A stretch of 32,000 nt of DNA from Acaryochloris thomasi RCC1774 (GCF_003231495.1 NZ_PQWO01000014.1:30001-62000); one strand, 5' to 3'. Positions 7,596-18,178 are shown, counted from the first letter of the stretch. Numbers and translations: made by a program. Notes: a model not told the origin generated them from the sequence alone.

Positions 7596-10136
7596 ATGAC
7601 TACTACCTGTGATTCGCGGCCGCTTTCTGATCTCATTAATGCGCTGCCCGGCATCGTTTTCTATTGTCTCGATCCCCATGGGCGGACAATGCGCTATCTC
7701 AGCGAAGGATGTTTACAGTTAACGGGATACAAGCACGAAGAACTCACAAAATCGGGACCACTTTCCTACGCCAGCCTGATTCATTCAGAAGATAGATGTC
7801 GAGTCCAACAGGTGACGAAAGCGGCTATTGAAGATAGACAGCCCTACAGTTTGGAATATCGCATTTGTACTAAAACAGGTCAAGAGCGTTGGCTATGGGA
7901 ACAGGGCCAAGTTATTGGTGATTCCAGTGGCCATCTGGGTCTGACGGGCTTGATCACTGATATTACGGCTATTAAAGAAAAGCAGGCTCGACTTCAGCGA
8001 GATGCCCTTTACGATCCGCTGACGGCTCTCCCCAATCGATCTCTATTTATGGATCGGCTCAAGCATCTCGTCCAGCATTCTCAGCGGGAACACAAGTATC
8101 AATTTGCCGTTTTATTCCTAGATTTAGATCGTTTCAAGGTCATTAACGATAGTTTGGGCCACGGTATGGGTGACCAGCTATTGATTGCCGTGGCTCAAAA
8201 ATTACAAAAACTGCTCAGGCCTGGTGATACGGTGGCGCGTCTCGGCGGTGATGAGTTCACAATGCTCGTGAATGATGTGGCGACTCGGGCAGAGGTTGTG
8301 CTGATTTGCGATCGCATCCTTAAAGAGATGGCTATTCCCTATCTTGTAGAAGGGCGGAGCGTTTTCAGCACCACCAGCATCGGCATTGCCTTGAGTTCTG
8401 AGCGATATAGTCAGCCAGAAGAGCTGCTGCGCGACGCCGATATTGCCCTTTACTATGCGAAAGCGTCTGGTAAAGCCTGCTACGCTCTCTTCGATACTGC
8501 CATGCACCTCAAAGCTGTGGCGCGTCTGGATCTGGAAACCGATCTCAGGCAGGCCATTGCTAATCAAGAGCTACAGCTCAACTATCAACCGATCAGTTCC
8601 TTAGAAACAGGTAACATCGAAGGTTTTGAAGCTCTTGTCTCCTGGCAACATCCTCAGCAGGGGCATGTGGGGCCTGATGCCTTTCTGCCCGTTGCCGAAG
8701 AAACAGGCTTGATTGTTCCGTTAGGCCACTGGGTTCTCAAAGAAGCCTGTATGAAGCTGCGGCAGTGGCAGCAGACCTTTCCCCATGCCCACAGCTACTT
8801 CATCACCGTTAATCTTTCTAGCCGAGAGCTTTGCCATCCTGACCTTGTCCGCCATATTCAGGCCGTCTTGTCAGAGACACAACTCACGGCCCACTGCCTC
8901 AAGCTAGAAATTACAGAAAGCACGATTCTAGATAAAAGTGAGTTTGTGCTCACGCGGCTGGCCGAACTTCAGCAACTCGGGATTCAGCTCTGCATTGATG
9001 ATTTTGGCACAGGCTATTCTTCCCTGAGCTACCTGCAGAGTTTTCCCATCAATTTCCTGAAAGTTGATCGGTCCTTTATTCACCAACTTGAGACCAAAGA
9101 AAATCTAGAGATTGTTCGTACGATTCTGCACCTCGCGGAGACGCTGGATCTAGAGGTCGTCGCCGAAGGCGTAGAAACCATCAATCAGCTCCTACAGTTA
9201 AGAGCCCTTAACTGCCAGCACGGCCAGGGCTATTTCTTGGCACGGCCACTAGCCGATGCCCAGATTGAGCTGCTTCTAGAGAAAGAAGAGCGGTGGTATG
9301 AGAATAGCGGCTGCACCGTTTCTCTGCCGCAGTTGATGATTGATCGTCCCTCCGGGCAGTCTCAGATTCTGCTAGCGGGTCGCACCACCTGGACCATTGG
9401 TCGGGCTTCAAACAACGATATTGTGCTACCGGATCGTATGGTGTCTCGCAACCATGCCATGCTGCTGCAGCTCCTACGGACGGGCAACTTTTACTTTGTC
9501 GATCTATGGAGCCGCAACGGTTCATTCCTTAATGGGCAGCGGATTAGCACCCCTCAGTTGCTCAAAGACAGCGATCGCATTCAAGTGGGTAAGACAGAAC
9601 TCGAATTTCGGCTTGCGCCCTCTGTTCCCAACTACAAGCTGCAGCATTTGGCGGCTAAGTCTGTTTTATTGATTCAAACCTCCCATACCCAGGGTGACAT
9701 CTGGCAGCACTTACTCACGGCTCAAGGCATAGAAGTTCTATGGCAAATGGCCGATATTCAGGTCGTGCCAACGCTGGAGCAGCTGAAGGTGTGCGAAGAA
9801 CACCTTCCCGACCTACTGATTCTTGATTTAACGACCTTAGAACCCAATGCTGATGTTTTTCTCGACTGGTATCGCCCCCACGCAGATCTGCCGCTAATTC
9901 TGACCCATGCCCCTGAGAACAAACCGGAAGCGGGCATCAAAGACCTGATGCCCAGCCATCTTGTCGAAATCGTGTCCCATTTTCCAGATCATGATCTCCT
10001 TCCCCATCAGGCTGACATCACAGCGAAGCTGAAGGGGGCACTCAAACTGCTCGACTATACCTTTATCGACGATCTGGTGTTAGACAAACAGCTTCGCCAT
10101 TTGCAGACAGTCCTGCACAATCGCACCCTTCATTGA
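7596..10136 (+). CDS. Multidomain c-di-GMP signalling protein: PAS, GGDEF (with RxxD I-site), EAL, FHA, and a receiver-like C-terminal tail
   Basis: PAS-like N-terminus (aa ~10-127). GGDEF at aa 217-221 (nt 8244-8258), with RPGD (nt 8217-8228) followed by a 5-residue spacer before it, which is I-site spacing. EAL at nt 8628-8636, plus NLS, EITES, DDFGTGYSS (from nt 8997), KVD, EGVE and QGY motifs. FHA signature: TIGR (Gly-Arg at nt 9399-9404), SRNH (from nt 9444), NGSFLNG. The tail (aa 689-846) has alternating strand/helix-like segments: VLLIQ, EVLWQ, PDLLILDL, LPLILTH. Confidence 0.88.
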   Translation: MTTTCDSRPLSDLINALPGIVFYCLDPHGRTMRYLSEGCLQLTGYKHEELTKSGPLSYASLIHSEDRCRVQQVTKAAIEDRQPYSLEYRICTKTGQERWLWEQGQVIGDSSGHLGLTGLITDITAIKEKQARLQRDALYDPLTALPNRSLFMDRLKHLVQHSQREHKYQFAVLFLDLDRFKVINDSLGHGMGDQLLIAVAQKLQKLLRPGDTVARLGGDEFTMLVNDVATRAEVVLICDRILKEMAIPYLVEGRSVFSTTSIGIALSSERYSQPEELLRDADIALYYAKASGKACYALFDTAMHLKAVARLDLETDLRQAIANQELQLNYQPISSLETGNIEGFEALVSWQHPQQGHVGPDAFLPVAEETGLIVPLGHWVLKEACMKLRQWQQTFPHAHSYFITVNLSSRELCHPDLVRHIQAVLSETQLTAHCLKLEITESTILDKSEFVLTRLAELQQLGIQLCIDDFGTGYSSLSYLQSFPINFLKVDRSFIHQLETKENLEIVRTILHLAETLDLEVVAEGVETINQLLQLRALNCQHGQGYFLARPLADAQIELLLEKEERWYENSGCTVSLPQLMIDRPSGQSQILLAGRTTWTIGRASNNDIVLPDRMVSRNHAMLLQLLRTGNFYFVDLWSRNGSFLNGQRISTPQLLKDSDRIQVGKTELEFRLAPSVPNYKLQHLAAKSVLLIQTSHTQGDIWQHLLTAQGIEVLWQMADIQVVPTLEQLKVCEEHLPDLLILDLTTLEPNADVFLDWYRPHADLPLILTHAPENKPEAGIKDLMPSHLVEIVSHFPDHDLLPHQADITAKLKGALKLLDYTFIDDLVLDKQLRHLQTVLHNRTLH

Positions 10137-10191
10137 AGCTGAGCATTACTGAGTATGTTCTGGTGCTTGCTGAGCTGTATGTGTGCGTTAT

Positions 10192-12003
10192 CTATACCAT
10201 TTCTCGCTGCCCCGTTTGGACCCGCCAGAGCTGCGCATAAACGCCTGATAGCTTTAGTAACTCTTCATGCTGGCCTTGCTCTTTGATCTGGCCCTGCTCC
10301 AGAACATAAATGCAGTCTGCATGGCGAATGGTGGAGAGCCGATGTGCGATCGCAATGGTTGTTCGGTGAGCTGTAATTCGATCCAGCGATTTTTGGATAG
10401 CGGCCTCCGTCTCGTTATCTACGGCTGATGTCGCTTCATCCAGAATCAGAATCGGCGGATCCTTGAGCAAGGCCCTCGCAATCGATAGGCGCTGTCGTTG
10501 CCCCCCAGAAAGCTTTTGCCCCCGCTCTCCTACGATTGTTTCGTATCCCTGCGGCAGCTGCTGGATAAAGGCATGGGCTTCGGCATGCTTGGCCGCAGTC
10601 TCAATCTCAGCGAGGGTGGCATCTAAACGGCCATAGGCAATATTTTCTCGAACCGTGCCGTGGAACAGAAATACGTCTTGGCTCACCAGTCCAATGGCTC
10701 GGCGTAGATCCTTGATTCGTAAGGTCTGGATATCGATGTTGTCGAGGGTCACCTTGCCCGTCTCAACTTCGTAGAGTCTGAGTAACAGCTTAGATAGCGT
10801 GCTTTTGCCCGAGCCTGTCGAGCCCACAATGGCAATGGTTTGTCCTGCAGGGATATGCAGATCAATGTCGTCTAAAACTGGGTTGTCGGCTTCATAGGCA
10901 AAGGAAACGCCTGCTAGCCTCAAATCCCCTTTGACTGCCGCCAGGGGCAGTGCTAAATGACCTGGATGAATATGAATAGGCGTATCTAGTAACCCCATGA
11001 TCCGTCGAGTGGAAGCCATGGCCCGCTGATATTGATCTAATGTTTCGCCAAGGCGAGTGAGGGGCCACAGTAATCGCTGGGTGAGGAAGACTAGAACGCT
11101 ATAGGTACCGACAGCTAATGCACCATTGACGACTTCCATACCGCCGTAGAGCAAAATGGCAATGAAGGCCAGTAAAATCAAGACCCGAATAAGTGGGATA
11201 AAGGCAGCGCTGAGGGCAATGGCGTTTTGGTTGCTGTCGCTATAGGCGTTGCTCTCTAGAGCCACCTGCTCAACTTCGTAGGCTTCGGTGGTAAAGCTTT
11301 TGATGGTGGTGATGCCGCTGAGGTTGTTGGAAAGACGACCGTTCAGCAGCCCCACTTGCTCCCGGACAAGGGCATAGCGAGGGGCCAGTCGTTTTTGAAA
11401 TGCGATCGCACCCCAAATGATAAACGGCATGGGCAACAGCGCCATCCAAGCAACGTTGGGGGCGGTGCCTAAGAAAACAGCGCCGATAATAATCACCGTT
11501 GTAATCACCTGGAGAATATCATTGGCACCCTGGTCTAAAAACCGCTCTAGCTGGTTAACGTCATCGTTGAGAATGGACATGAGGCCGCCGGTCGTCCGTG
11601 CCTCGAAATAGGACAGCTCTAAATTCTGGAGATGGGCATAGGCATCTAGCCGCACGTCATGCTGTAGCGCTTGGGCTAGATTCCGCCAGAGTCGTTGATA
11701 GGCGTATTCAAATAATGACTCTAGGCCCCACACTAGGGCTGACAGCAGCGCCAGGGTTACAAGCTGTTGCCAAACATCTGTAATTCCAAAGCTGGCAATG
11801 ATGGAGTCCTGGCGCTGCACCACCACATCCACTGCGGCCCCGATCAGGGCTGGAGGGGCCAAATCAAAAATTTTATTGAGCACAGAGCAGGTGGCCGCCC
11901 ACCCTATCTGACGGCGGTAGGAGCGACTATAGCGCAGCAGTCGCCGGAGTGGGTATTTTGCCGGATCTCCAGAGGATTGATGGTTACCCATAAAGTTGCT
12001 CAA
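10192..12003 (-). CDS. ABC exporter, fused transmembrane and ATP-binding half-transporter (ABCB/MsbA-like)
   Basis: The N-terminal ~320 aa hold multiple hydrophobic helices. The C-terminal NBD has Walker [10 protein letters not shown], signature [15 protein letters not shown], Walker [13 protein letters not shown] and H-loop IAHRLST. The substrate cannot be inferred. Confidence 0.9.
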   Translation of the reverse strand: MSNFMGNHQSSGDPAKYPLRRLLRYSRSYRRQIGWAATCSVLNKIFDLAPPALIGAAVDVVVQRQDSIIASFGITDVWQQLVTLALLSALVWGLESLFEYAYQRLWRNLAQALQHDVRLDAYAHLQNLELSYFEARTTGGLMSILNDDVNQLERFLDQGANDILQVITTVIIIGAVFLGTAPNVAWMALLPMPFIIWGAIAFQKRLAPRYALVREQVGLLNGRLSNNLSGITTIKSFTTEAYEVEQVALESNAYSDSNQNAIALSAAFIPLIRVLILLAFIAILLYGGMEVVNGALAVGTYSVLVFLTQRLLWPLTRLGETLDQYQRAMASTRRIMGLLDTPIHIHPGHLALPLAAVKGDLRLAGVSFAYEADNPVLDDIDLHIPAGQTIAIVGSTGSGKSTLSKLLLRLYEVETGKVTLDNIDIQTLRIKDLRRAIGLVSQDVFLFHGTVRENIAYGRLDATLAEIETAAKHAEAHAFIQQLPQGYETIVGERGQKLSGGQRQRLSIARALLKDPPILILDEATSAVDNETEAAIQKSLDRITAHRTTIAIAHRLSTIRHADCIYVLEQGQIKEQGQHEELLKLSGVYAQLWRVQTGQREMV

Positions 12004-12084
12004 CCAGTGTGAGTTGGTGGCCGTCTTCAGTCAATCCTAGGATTGATTGCCTGTTTCTAGCGGGGTCTGAACGATCGTTGTTAA

Positions 12085-12768
12085 TTGGAACGGGTCTACA
12101 GTTTAATGGATCATCAGAATAGCCCATTCGTTGAGGATGCTCACCCTATGCAATCAGATTCACTGTCAGACAGCGACTCGACTCAGGCTTTCGCCAGTCA
12201 GGAGTCATCCCGTGCTGCAGATGCGATTAGCGATCAGGAACTGCAGAGTATCCCTCCGACGAGCGAGGCGGAGGCAGAAGCCTTGGCCGCTGTTTCTCTA
12301 GAGACTGAAAAGCTGGAAAAACGCCAGCGTCAGATTATCGCCAAGACGGTACTGCCCTATTCTCAAGAGCAGGTGTGGCAGGTCCTCACGGATTACGAAC
12401 GCCTTGCCGATTTTATCCCCAATCTGGCGACCAGCCAGCTATTAGAGCATCCTCAAGAGGGGATTCGGCTGGAGCAAATTGGGGTGCAAAGTGCTCTTTT
12501 TCTCAAGTTCTCAGCCCGTGTTGTCCTAGACATGACGGAAGACTTTCTCAATGCGATTCACTTTGAGATGGTCGAAGGAGACTTCAAGGCTTTTTCTGGT
12601 GATTGGCTTTTAGAACCCGCTGCCGACGGAACGCAGTTGACCTACAGCCTATTCATTTGGCCGAAGCGGACGATGCCTATTATTGCCATCGAGAAGCGCC
12701 TGCGCTATGACCTGCCTCGCAATCTGCTTGCAGTGCAGCGCCGATTAGAAATGCTTCATGCCTCTTAG
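12085..12768 (+). CDS. SRPBCC (START/polyketide cyclase-dehydrase-like) domain protein with an acidic, Ser-rich N-terminal extension
   Basis: The C-terminal ~140 aa (YSQEQVWQVLTDYERLADFIPNL ... FKAFSGDWLLEP ... TQLTYSLF) resemble the cyclase/dehydrase-type SRPBCC fold family. The first ~85 aa are D/E/S-rich and low in complexity. The ORF-track start at 12085 is TTG. The first ATG is at 12106. Confidence 0.65.
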   Translation: MERVYSLMDHQNSPFVEDAHPMQSDSLSDSDSTQAFASQESSRAADAISDQELQSIPPTSEAEAEALAAVSLETEKLEKRQRQIIAKTVLPYSQEQVWQVLTDYERLADFIPNLATSQLLEHPQEGIRLEQIGVQSALFLKFSARVVLDMTEDFLNAIHFEMVEGDFKAFSGDWLLEPAADGTQLTYSLFIWPKRTMPIIAIEKRLRYDLPRNLLAVQRRLEMLHAS

Positions 12769-13862
12769 TGGGAAGGGCTATCCTCGCTATGTTCGGGGTT
12801 ATGGCGATCAGGATAAAGATCTTTAAGGTTTTGGCGCTGGGATCGACGGGAGGGACGTCGGTAGCGTTTGCTAGAAAGCTTGGGTTCGTATTCTGTATTC
12901 CCTTTACGCTTCGCTTTGCGCTTGAGGGTGGATTCAGCATTTGCGATCGCATCCTGTTCACTTTGATGGGCGATCACCTCTTCCAGCAGGGTTAGGTAAT
13001 AGGGATATCGCTCCCAGTTGCCGCGGACAGAGCAATTCGGTTCATCTCGATGAAAGCAGTCATTAAACTGACATTGAGCCTGCGCTAAGCGTTGCTGAGC
13101 CTCTGGGAAATATTGGGCTAGCGCTTGGGGACGACAGGTGGTGCTGGGCTGATTGAACCCGGGCGTATCGGCCAGGAGTCCGCCACCGGGCAGGTCAAAC
13201 AATTCGACGTGCCGAGTGGTGTGTTTGCCCTGACCCCAGCGCTCTGAAACAGAGCCGACCCGCACGTCATGCTCTGGGATCAGATTATTGATGAGGCTGG
13301 ACTTACCCACGCCCGAAGGCCCCGACAAAACGGTTAGCTGTCCCTGTAGCTGTTGCTGCAGTTCCTGTAGGCCCGCTTGCTCATAGAGACTGATCAGGAA
13401 AGGCTGGTAGCCCCATTTACGAAGGCGGTCTTGCCACTGCTGCTGCTGATCTTCGTCCAGTAGTTCTTTCTTGTTAAGGCCCAGAACAATCCTGAGGCCA
13501 GTGGCTTCGACCGTGACTAAGAAACGAGTAAGCTGCAGGGGATCTAAGGTGGGATCCGCTAGCGCAAACATGAGCAGCACTTGATTGGCGTTGGCAACCG
13601 GAGGCCGGTGTAGCTGAGTTTGGCGAGGGGAGATAGTTGCGATCGCACCTCTTAAACCCTGCCAATCCGGCTCTTCTACCCCGACCCGATCACCTACCAT
13701 AATTTGCTGTCCCAGCTTTTTGAGGCGCGATCGTCGAGTACACAGCAGTTCCGTTGCCGACTCAGAAGCCTGCCCTGCTAAAAGCTGAACCCGATAATAA
13801 TTCGCCTGCACCGCCACAACCACACCCACCAGCTCAGCGCTGGCGGTTCGCTCAGCCTTCAT
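12765..13862 (-). CDS. rsgA: Ribosome small-subunit-dependent GTPase A (RsgA/YjeQ) with a basic C-terminal tail
   Basis: Circularly permuted GTPase motif order: G4-like LNKKEL, then G1 GPSGVGKSS, then G3 DTPGF. Zn-finger CQFNDCFHRDEPNC. N-terminal OB-like region. The C-terminal ~60 aa are K/R-rich. The start ATG overlaps the stop of the upstream tusA-like gene (ATGA). Confidence 0.92.
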   Translation of the reverse strand: MKAERTASAELVGVVVAVQANYYRVQLLAGQASESATELLCTRRSRLKKLGQQIMVGDRVGVEEPDWQGLRGAIATISPRQTQLHRPPVANANQVLLMFALADPTLDPLQLTRFLVTVEATGLRIVLGLNKKELLDEDQQQQWQDRLRKWGYQPFLISLYEQAGLQELQQQLQGQLTVLSGPSGVGKSSLINNLIPEHDVRVGSVSERWGQGKHTTRHVELFDLPGGGLLADTPGFNQPSTTCRPQALAQYFPEAQQRLAQAQCQFNDCFHRDEPNCSVRGNWERYPYYLTLLEEVIAHQSEQDAIANAESTLKRKAKRKGNTEYEPKLSSKRYRRPSRRSQRQNLKDLYPDRHNPEHSEDSPSH

Positions 13863-14110
13863 GTCCCGACGGGCCGACGGACCTGCAACGCAAAATATCC
13901 AGAGTAGTCAACCAAACCTTCGACTTTGTAGCCAGCCACCACCAGACTGTCTGGCACCTGTTCAATTGGTTCGCCAGGATCTAGCCAGACTTCCAGCAAC
14001 GCACCCGGCGACATCTGCTGCAGCCGCAGCTTTGTGCGCACAAAGTTCAGCGGACAGGGCGTCCCGCGCAAATCTAGTTTTTCGTCAGGCTGACCCAGAG
14101 AATCGCTCAT
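13859..14110 (-). CDS. TusA/SirA-family sulfur-carrier-like small protein
   Basis: [37 protein letters not shown] aligns by eye with the E. coli TusA core (LDALGLRCPEPVMMVRK...GETLLIIADDP), including the Cys-Pro active-site motif. It overlaps both neighbours by 4 nt: ATGA with the dnaJ stop at 14107-14110 and ATGA with the rsgA start at 13859-13862. Confidence 0.8.
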   Translation of the reverse strand: MSDSLGQPDEKLDLRGTPCPLNFVRTKLRLQQMSPGALLEVWLDPGEPIEQVPDSLVVAGYKVEGLVDYSGYFALQVRRPVGT

Positions 14111-15249
14111 CGGCCAAAAATTCCACCGAGGAAGCCCTCAACGCCACCCTTCCCGGCCTGCTCACCCTTGATATCGGCCAGCTTCTCGAGTAATTCCCTT
14201 TCTTCAGTCGACACCCGCGTCGGAATATCGATCACAACCGTAATCAAGTGATCTCCACGACTGACGGGATTCCCGAGACGCGGCACACCGTGATTGTCCA
14301 GCGTCAATACAGTCCCCGGCTGTGTCCCTGCTGGGATCATGACCGGCTCTTCGCCATCCACCGTATTAACCGGGACTTTCGCGCCCAGAATTGCCTGTAG
14401 ATAGCTGACCTTCAACGCCGAGAGAATATTTGAGCCTTCCCGACGGAATTCAGCATCCTCTTTGATGAAGAGATAGACGTATAGGTCGCCTGCAGGTCCG
14501 TTTCTCTGTCCGGCGTCGCCTTCATTGGAAACGCGCAGGCGAGTACCGGTATCAACGCCCGCAGGGATTGTGATTTTTAATTTCTTGCTAACCTGATTTT
14601 GGCCTTTGCCACCACAGGTTTCGCACTTATCTGTCACCGTTTGCCCCGTCCCTGAACAGGTTGGGCAGACTGACACCTGCGTAAAGCTACCAAAGGGGGT
14701 CCGCGTCATCCGACGCACCTGGCCATTCCCCTGACAGGTTCCGCAGGATTGAGGCTTCGTTCCGGCCTTTGCTCCCGAGCCTTCACAGGTGTTGCAGACT
14801 TCTAGGTGAGAGATCCGAATCTGATGCTCACCGCCAAAAATTGCTTCCCGAAACTCCAGCTTGAGATCGAATCGTAGATCTTCGCCGCGAGCAGGTCCTG
14901 AGCGTCGTCGCCCTGCCTGAGTGGTACCGCCAAATCCGCCGCCACCAAAGAAGCTTTCAAAAATATCGGCAAACCCGCCCATATCGCCGAAGTCTTGGAA
15001 CCCGCCTGCACCCGGACCCGCAGCAGCAGAACCTACGCCCGCCTCGCCAAAACGATCGTATCTGGCCCGCATTTCACCGTCAGAGAGGACTTCGTAGGCC
15101 CGGTTAACCTCCTTAAACTGATCCTCTGCTCCCGGTTCTTTATTCACATCAGGGTGATACTTACGTGCCAAGCGGCGGTAAGCGCGCTTTAGCTCGTCTG
15201 GATCAGCATTTCGAGAAACACCGAGAAGGTCATAGTAGTCCCGAGCCAT
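14107..15249 (-). CDS. dnaJ: Molecular chaperone DnaJ (type I Hsp40)
   Basis: J domain with YHPD. G/F-rich linker. Four CxxCxGxG zinc-finger repeats ([32 protein letters not shown]). C-terminal substrate-binding domains. Confidence 0.97.
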   Translation of the reverse strand: MARDYYDLLGVSRNADPDELKRAYRRLARKYHPDVNKEPGAEDQFKEVNRAYEVLSDGEMRARYDRFGEAGVGSAAAGPGAGGFQDFGDMGGFADIFESFFGGGGFGGTTQAGRRRSGPARGEDLRFDLKLEFREAIFGGEHQIRISHLEVCNTCEGSGAKAGTKPQSCGTCQGNGQVRRMTRTPFGSFTQVSVCPTCSGTGQTVTDKCETCGGKGQNQVSKKLKITIPAGVDTGTRLRVSNEGDAGQRNGPAGDLYVYLFIKEDAEFRREGSNILSALKVSYLQAILGAKVPVNTVDGEEPVMIPAGTQPGTVLTLDNHGVPRLGNPVSRGDHLITVVIDIPTRVSTEERELLEKLADIKGEQAGKGGVEGFLGGIFGR

Positions 15250-15296
15250 AGATCACATTCAGTCAGTAGAACAATAAATCCTGACGCCCACGACCG

Positions 15297-17282
15297 TTAA
15301 TCGACAGCTTCATAGTCTGTAATTACCGTGTCGTCAAAATCACCAATGATCGTAGCATCATCATTCATCGTCTCTCTAGGAGCAGCTTCTGCCGAAGCAA
15401 AAACTTCTTCTGGAGGTGGGCTTGCTTCAACGGGCGCACTCGGTGCAGCAGAGTCACCAACAGAAGGCTGCCCTGCGAACTGATAAACAGCCGCCCCGAC
15501 ATCCAGAAGAACGCGATTGAGATCATCAATGTGCTGCTTGAGAACAGTGATCGTGATTTCAGGATAGGCACTTGCCGCTCGTGCTTGAGCCACAGTTTGA
15601 TCAGCGCGTTGCCTTAAGTCAGCACTAATCAAATTGCCATTTTCCGCGAGCGTTGAGGTATAGCTATACAATAAGCTATCCAACTGATTTTTGTATTGAG
15701 CAATCTCACGATGTGCCTGGTCTTGGTCGGCGTAAACCTGAGCTTCTTGCCGCATCCGCTCAACCTCTAGGCTGCTGAGGCCACCCGTATTGGAAATGCG
15801 AATACTTTGCTCCCGGCCTGTCCCGCGATCTTGTGCAGAGACATTTAGAATACCGTTAGCATCAATATCAAATGTCACCTCAATTTGAGGCACTCCGCGT
15901 GGTGCAGCAGGAATACCGGTTAATTCAAAGTTCCCGAGACAGCGATTGTCTTTGACCATTGCCCGCTCACCTTGATAAACCTGAATCTCAACGCAGGTTT
16001 GACCATCGGTTGCGGTTGAAAAACATTGAGAACGGCTAGTGGGCAACGTCGTATTGCGATCAATGATCTTCGTGAAGACGCCGCCCAGGGTCTCAATTCC
16101 CATGGACAGGGGTGAGACATCTAGCAACAGCAGATCTTTAACTTCTCCGCCCAGAACACCTGCTTGAATCGCGGCCCCCAAAGCCACAGATTCATCGGGA
16201 TTAACCGACCGATCGGGCGCTTTCCCTCCAAAGTACTCTTGAATCGCTTCCTGTACCGCAGGTATGCGTGTCGATCCCCCCACTAAAACAATGCGATCAA
16301 TATTTTCAGGATTTAAGCCGCCATCTTCAAGTGCCTGCTTGACTGGCGTGAGCGTTTCGGTTACCAGTTCACCCACAAGCTCCTCAAATTTTGCGCGGGT
16401 TAGGTCCATCTCTAAATGCTTCGGACCCGACTCATCTGCAGTAATAAAGGGCAGATTAATGGAGGTTGTAACGGTGCTAGAAAGCTCAATCTTGGCCTTC
16501 TCTGATGCTTCCCGAAGACGCTGAAGCGCCATCTTGTCATTAGAGAGGTCTAGATTCTCGACCGATTGGAAATGTTCAAGCATCCAGCGCAGGATGGCTT
16601 CATCAAAGTCGTCACCCCCCAGGTGATTATTGCCGGCGGTGGCCTTCACCTCAAAGACCCCATCTCCAAGCTGCAGAATGGAGACATCAAAGGTGCCGCC
16701 GCCTAAGTCAAACACCAGTACTTTTTCGTCCTGGTCTTGCTTATCTAGGCCATAGGAAAGAGAGGCTGCCGTGGGTTCATTAATGATGCGGAGTACTTCT
16801 AATCCCGCAATCGTGCCGGCATCCTTCGTTGCCTGACGCTGAGCATCGCTAAAGTAGGCAGGGACGGTAATGACTGCCTGGGTCACGGTTTCGCCCAGGT
16901 AGCTCTCGGCGTCCTGTTTTAACTTTTGCAGAACCATGGCTGACACTTCTTGAGAAGTGTAGCTTTTACCCCGAATCTGCACGTTAACGGTGTCGTCGCG
17001 CCCGACAACGCAGGAATATGACACTCTAGAGCGTTCATTCTCGGTCTCTTGCCAGCGCCGACCGATAAACCGCTTAATACTGAAAATCGTATTCTCAGCG
17101 TTGGTGACAGCCTGACGCTTCGCCAATTGCCCTACCAGGCGATCTCCTGACTTGCCGAAGCCGACGATACTAGGGGTTGTACGGCCGCCCTCAGTGTTGG
17201 GAATCACCACAGGCTTTCCCCCTTCTAAAACAGCAACACAACTGTTTGTTGTTCCTAGATCAATTCCTATGACCTTGCCCAT
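15297..17282 (-). CDS. dnaK: Molecular chaperone DnaK (Hsp70)
   Basis: Hsp70 signatures are present: [35 protein letters not shown]. Full-length NBD and SBD. The C-terminal tail is divergent (ends DYEAVD). Cyanobacteria carry several dnaK paralogs and I do not assign which one this is. Confidence 0.97.
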   Translation of the reverse strand: MGKVIGIDLGTTNSCVAVLEGGKPVVIPNTEGGRTTPSIVGFGKSGDRLVGQLAKRQAVTNAENTIFSIKRFIGRRWQETENERSRVSYSCVVGRDDTVNVQIRGKSYTSQEVSAMVLQKLKQDAESYLGETVTQAVITVPAYFSDAQRQATKDAGTIAGLEVLRIINEPTAASLSYGLDKQDQDEKVLVFDLGGGTFDVSILQLGDGVFEVKATAGNNHLGGDDFDEAILRWMLEHFQSVENLDLSNDKMALQRLREASEKAKIELSSTVTTSINLPFITADESGPKHLEMDLTRAKFEELVGELVTETLTPVKQALEDGGLNPENIDRIVLVGGSTRIPAVQEAIQEYFGGKAPDRSVNPDESVALGAAIQAGVLGGEVKDLLLLDVSPLSMGIETLGGVFTKIIDRNTTLPTSRSQCFSTATDGQTCVEIQVYQGERAMVKDNRCLGNFELTGIPAAPRGVPQIEVTFDIDANGILNVSAQDRGTGREQSIRISNTGGLSSLEVERMRQEAQVYADQDQAHREIAQYKNQLDSLLYSYTSTLAENGNLISADLRQRADQTVAQARAASAYPEITITVLKQHIDDLNRVLLDVGAAVYQFAGQPSVGDSAAPSAPVEASPPPEEVFASAEAAPRETMNDDATIIGDFDDTVITDYEAVD

Positions 17283-17431
17283 AATTTCTTTATAGCCAAC
17301 GGCAGTTTTCTTATACTTCGAGTTCTCTTTTAGGAGACTCCTACATTAGTTAGGGTGCCGCAACTCCCAACAGTTTTAATCACTGGTTCCTAAATTTTGC
17401 TGATATTCTTTTCGAGAACAACGCAGAAGGG

Positions 17432-18178
17432 CTATTCAACGGCTTGACTGTCAAGAGTCTCGGGTGAATTTTCTTCAGAGGTTAGCATGGGCTCTGCAGG
17501 TGCAGCAACTTTGACCATGGCGTGACGCAGCACAAGATCGCCGATCATGTACCCATTGACGAGTTCTTCCATCACTTCACCTTCTGTGAACTGATCTGTG
17601 GGCTCCCGCATAATCGCTTCGTGTAGATTAGGGTCAAATTCTTTACCCTGCGCACGCATGGGAGCAACCCCGATTCGCTTCAGACAATCGACAAGCTGCT
17701 TATAAACGCCCTGATAGCTCTTTTGAATATTTATTTCTTCTTCAGTTTGAGGATTGATGTGGGATTTGGCGCGCTCAAAGCTATCAATAACCGGCAACAG
17801 CTCACTGATGGTCTCTCGCTTGACCCGCTGCTCTAGATCCGATTTCTCTCGCTCTGTTCGCTTGCGAAAATTATCGAAGTCCGCCGCAATTCGCATATAT
17901 TGACCGGTGACGCCCTCCAATTTCTGCTGCAGGGCATCTGTTGTTTCTTCGGTGCTCTCCTGGGAGGGGGCAGCGCTGCCATCTGCTGTCGTCTCCGCTG
18001 TCTCAGTGGCGTCAACAGCAGGTATCTCTGCCGGGATATCTTCAACAATGGGCACCTCTACGGCGGCATCATCGCCCATTTCAAGGTCCTGGGGCTGCTG
18101 CGCATCGCTAGAGACTGGGTTGTCTACTTCTGGCTGCATATCGCCCTGATATTCATTCTGCTGCTCGTCACCACTCAT
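17432..18178 (-). CDS. grpE: Nucleotide exchange factor GrpE
   Basis: Acidic low-complexity N-terminus, then a GrpE core: YMRIAADFDNFRKRTEREK ... LLPVIDSFERA ... GYMIGDLVLRHAMVKV. It lies upstream of dnaK on the same strand. Confidence 0.93.
   Translation of the reverse strand: MSGDEQQNEYQGDMQPEVDNPVSSDAQQPQDLEMGDDAAVEVPIVEDIPAEIPAVDATETAETTADGSAAPSQESTEETTDALQQKLEGVTGQYMRIAADFDNFRKRTEREKSDLEQRVKRETISELLPVIDSFERAKSHINPQTEEEINIQKSYQGVYKQLVDCLKRIGVAPMRAQGKEFDPNLHEAIMREPTDQFTEGEVMEELVNGYMIGDLVLRHAMVKVAAPAEPMLTSEENSPETLDSQAVE

Noticed and set aside
8202-8567. A 121-aa antisense ORF inside the GGDEF domain region, and similar ORFs at 9208-9525, 9397-9672 and 9758-9940.
   Set aside because: They are embedded in a gene with continuous, motif-supported domains on the + strand. 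There is no independent evidence for them.
13754-14193. Plus-strand ORFs (76 aa and 110 aa) antisense to the rsgA, tusA-like and dnaJ junctions.
   Set aside because: The translations are P/A/Q-rich and sit opposite three tightly coupled, motif-supported genes. They are most likely chance open frames.
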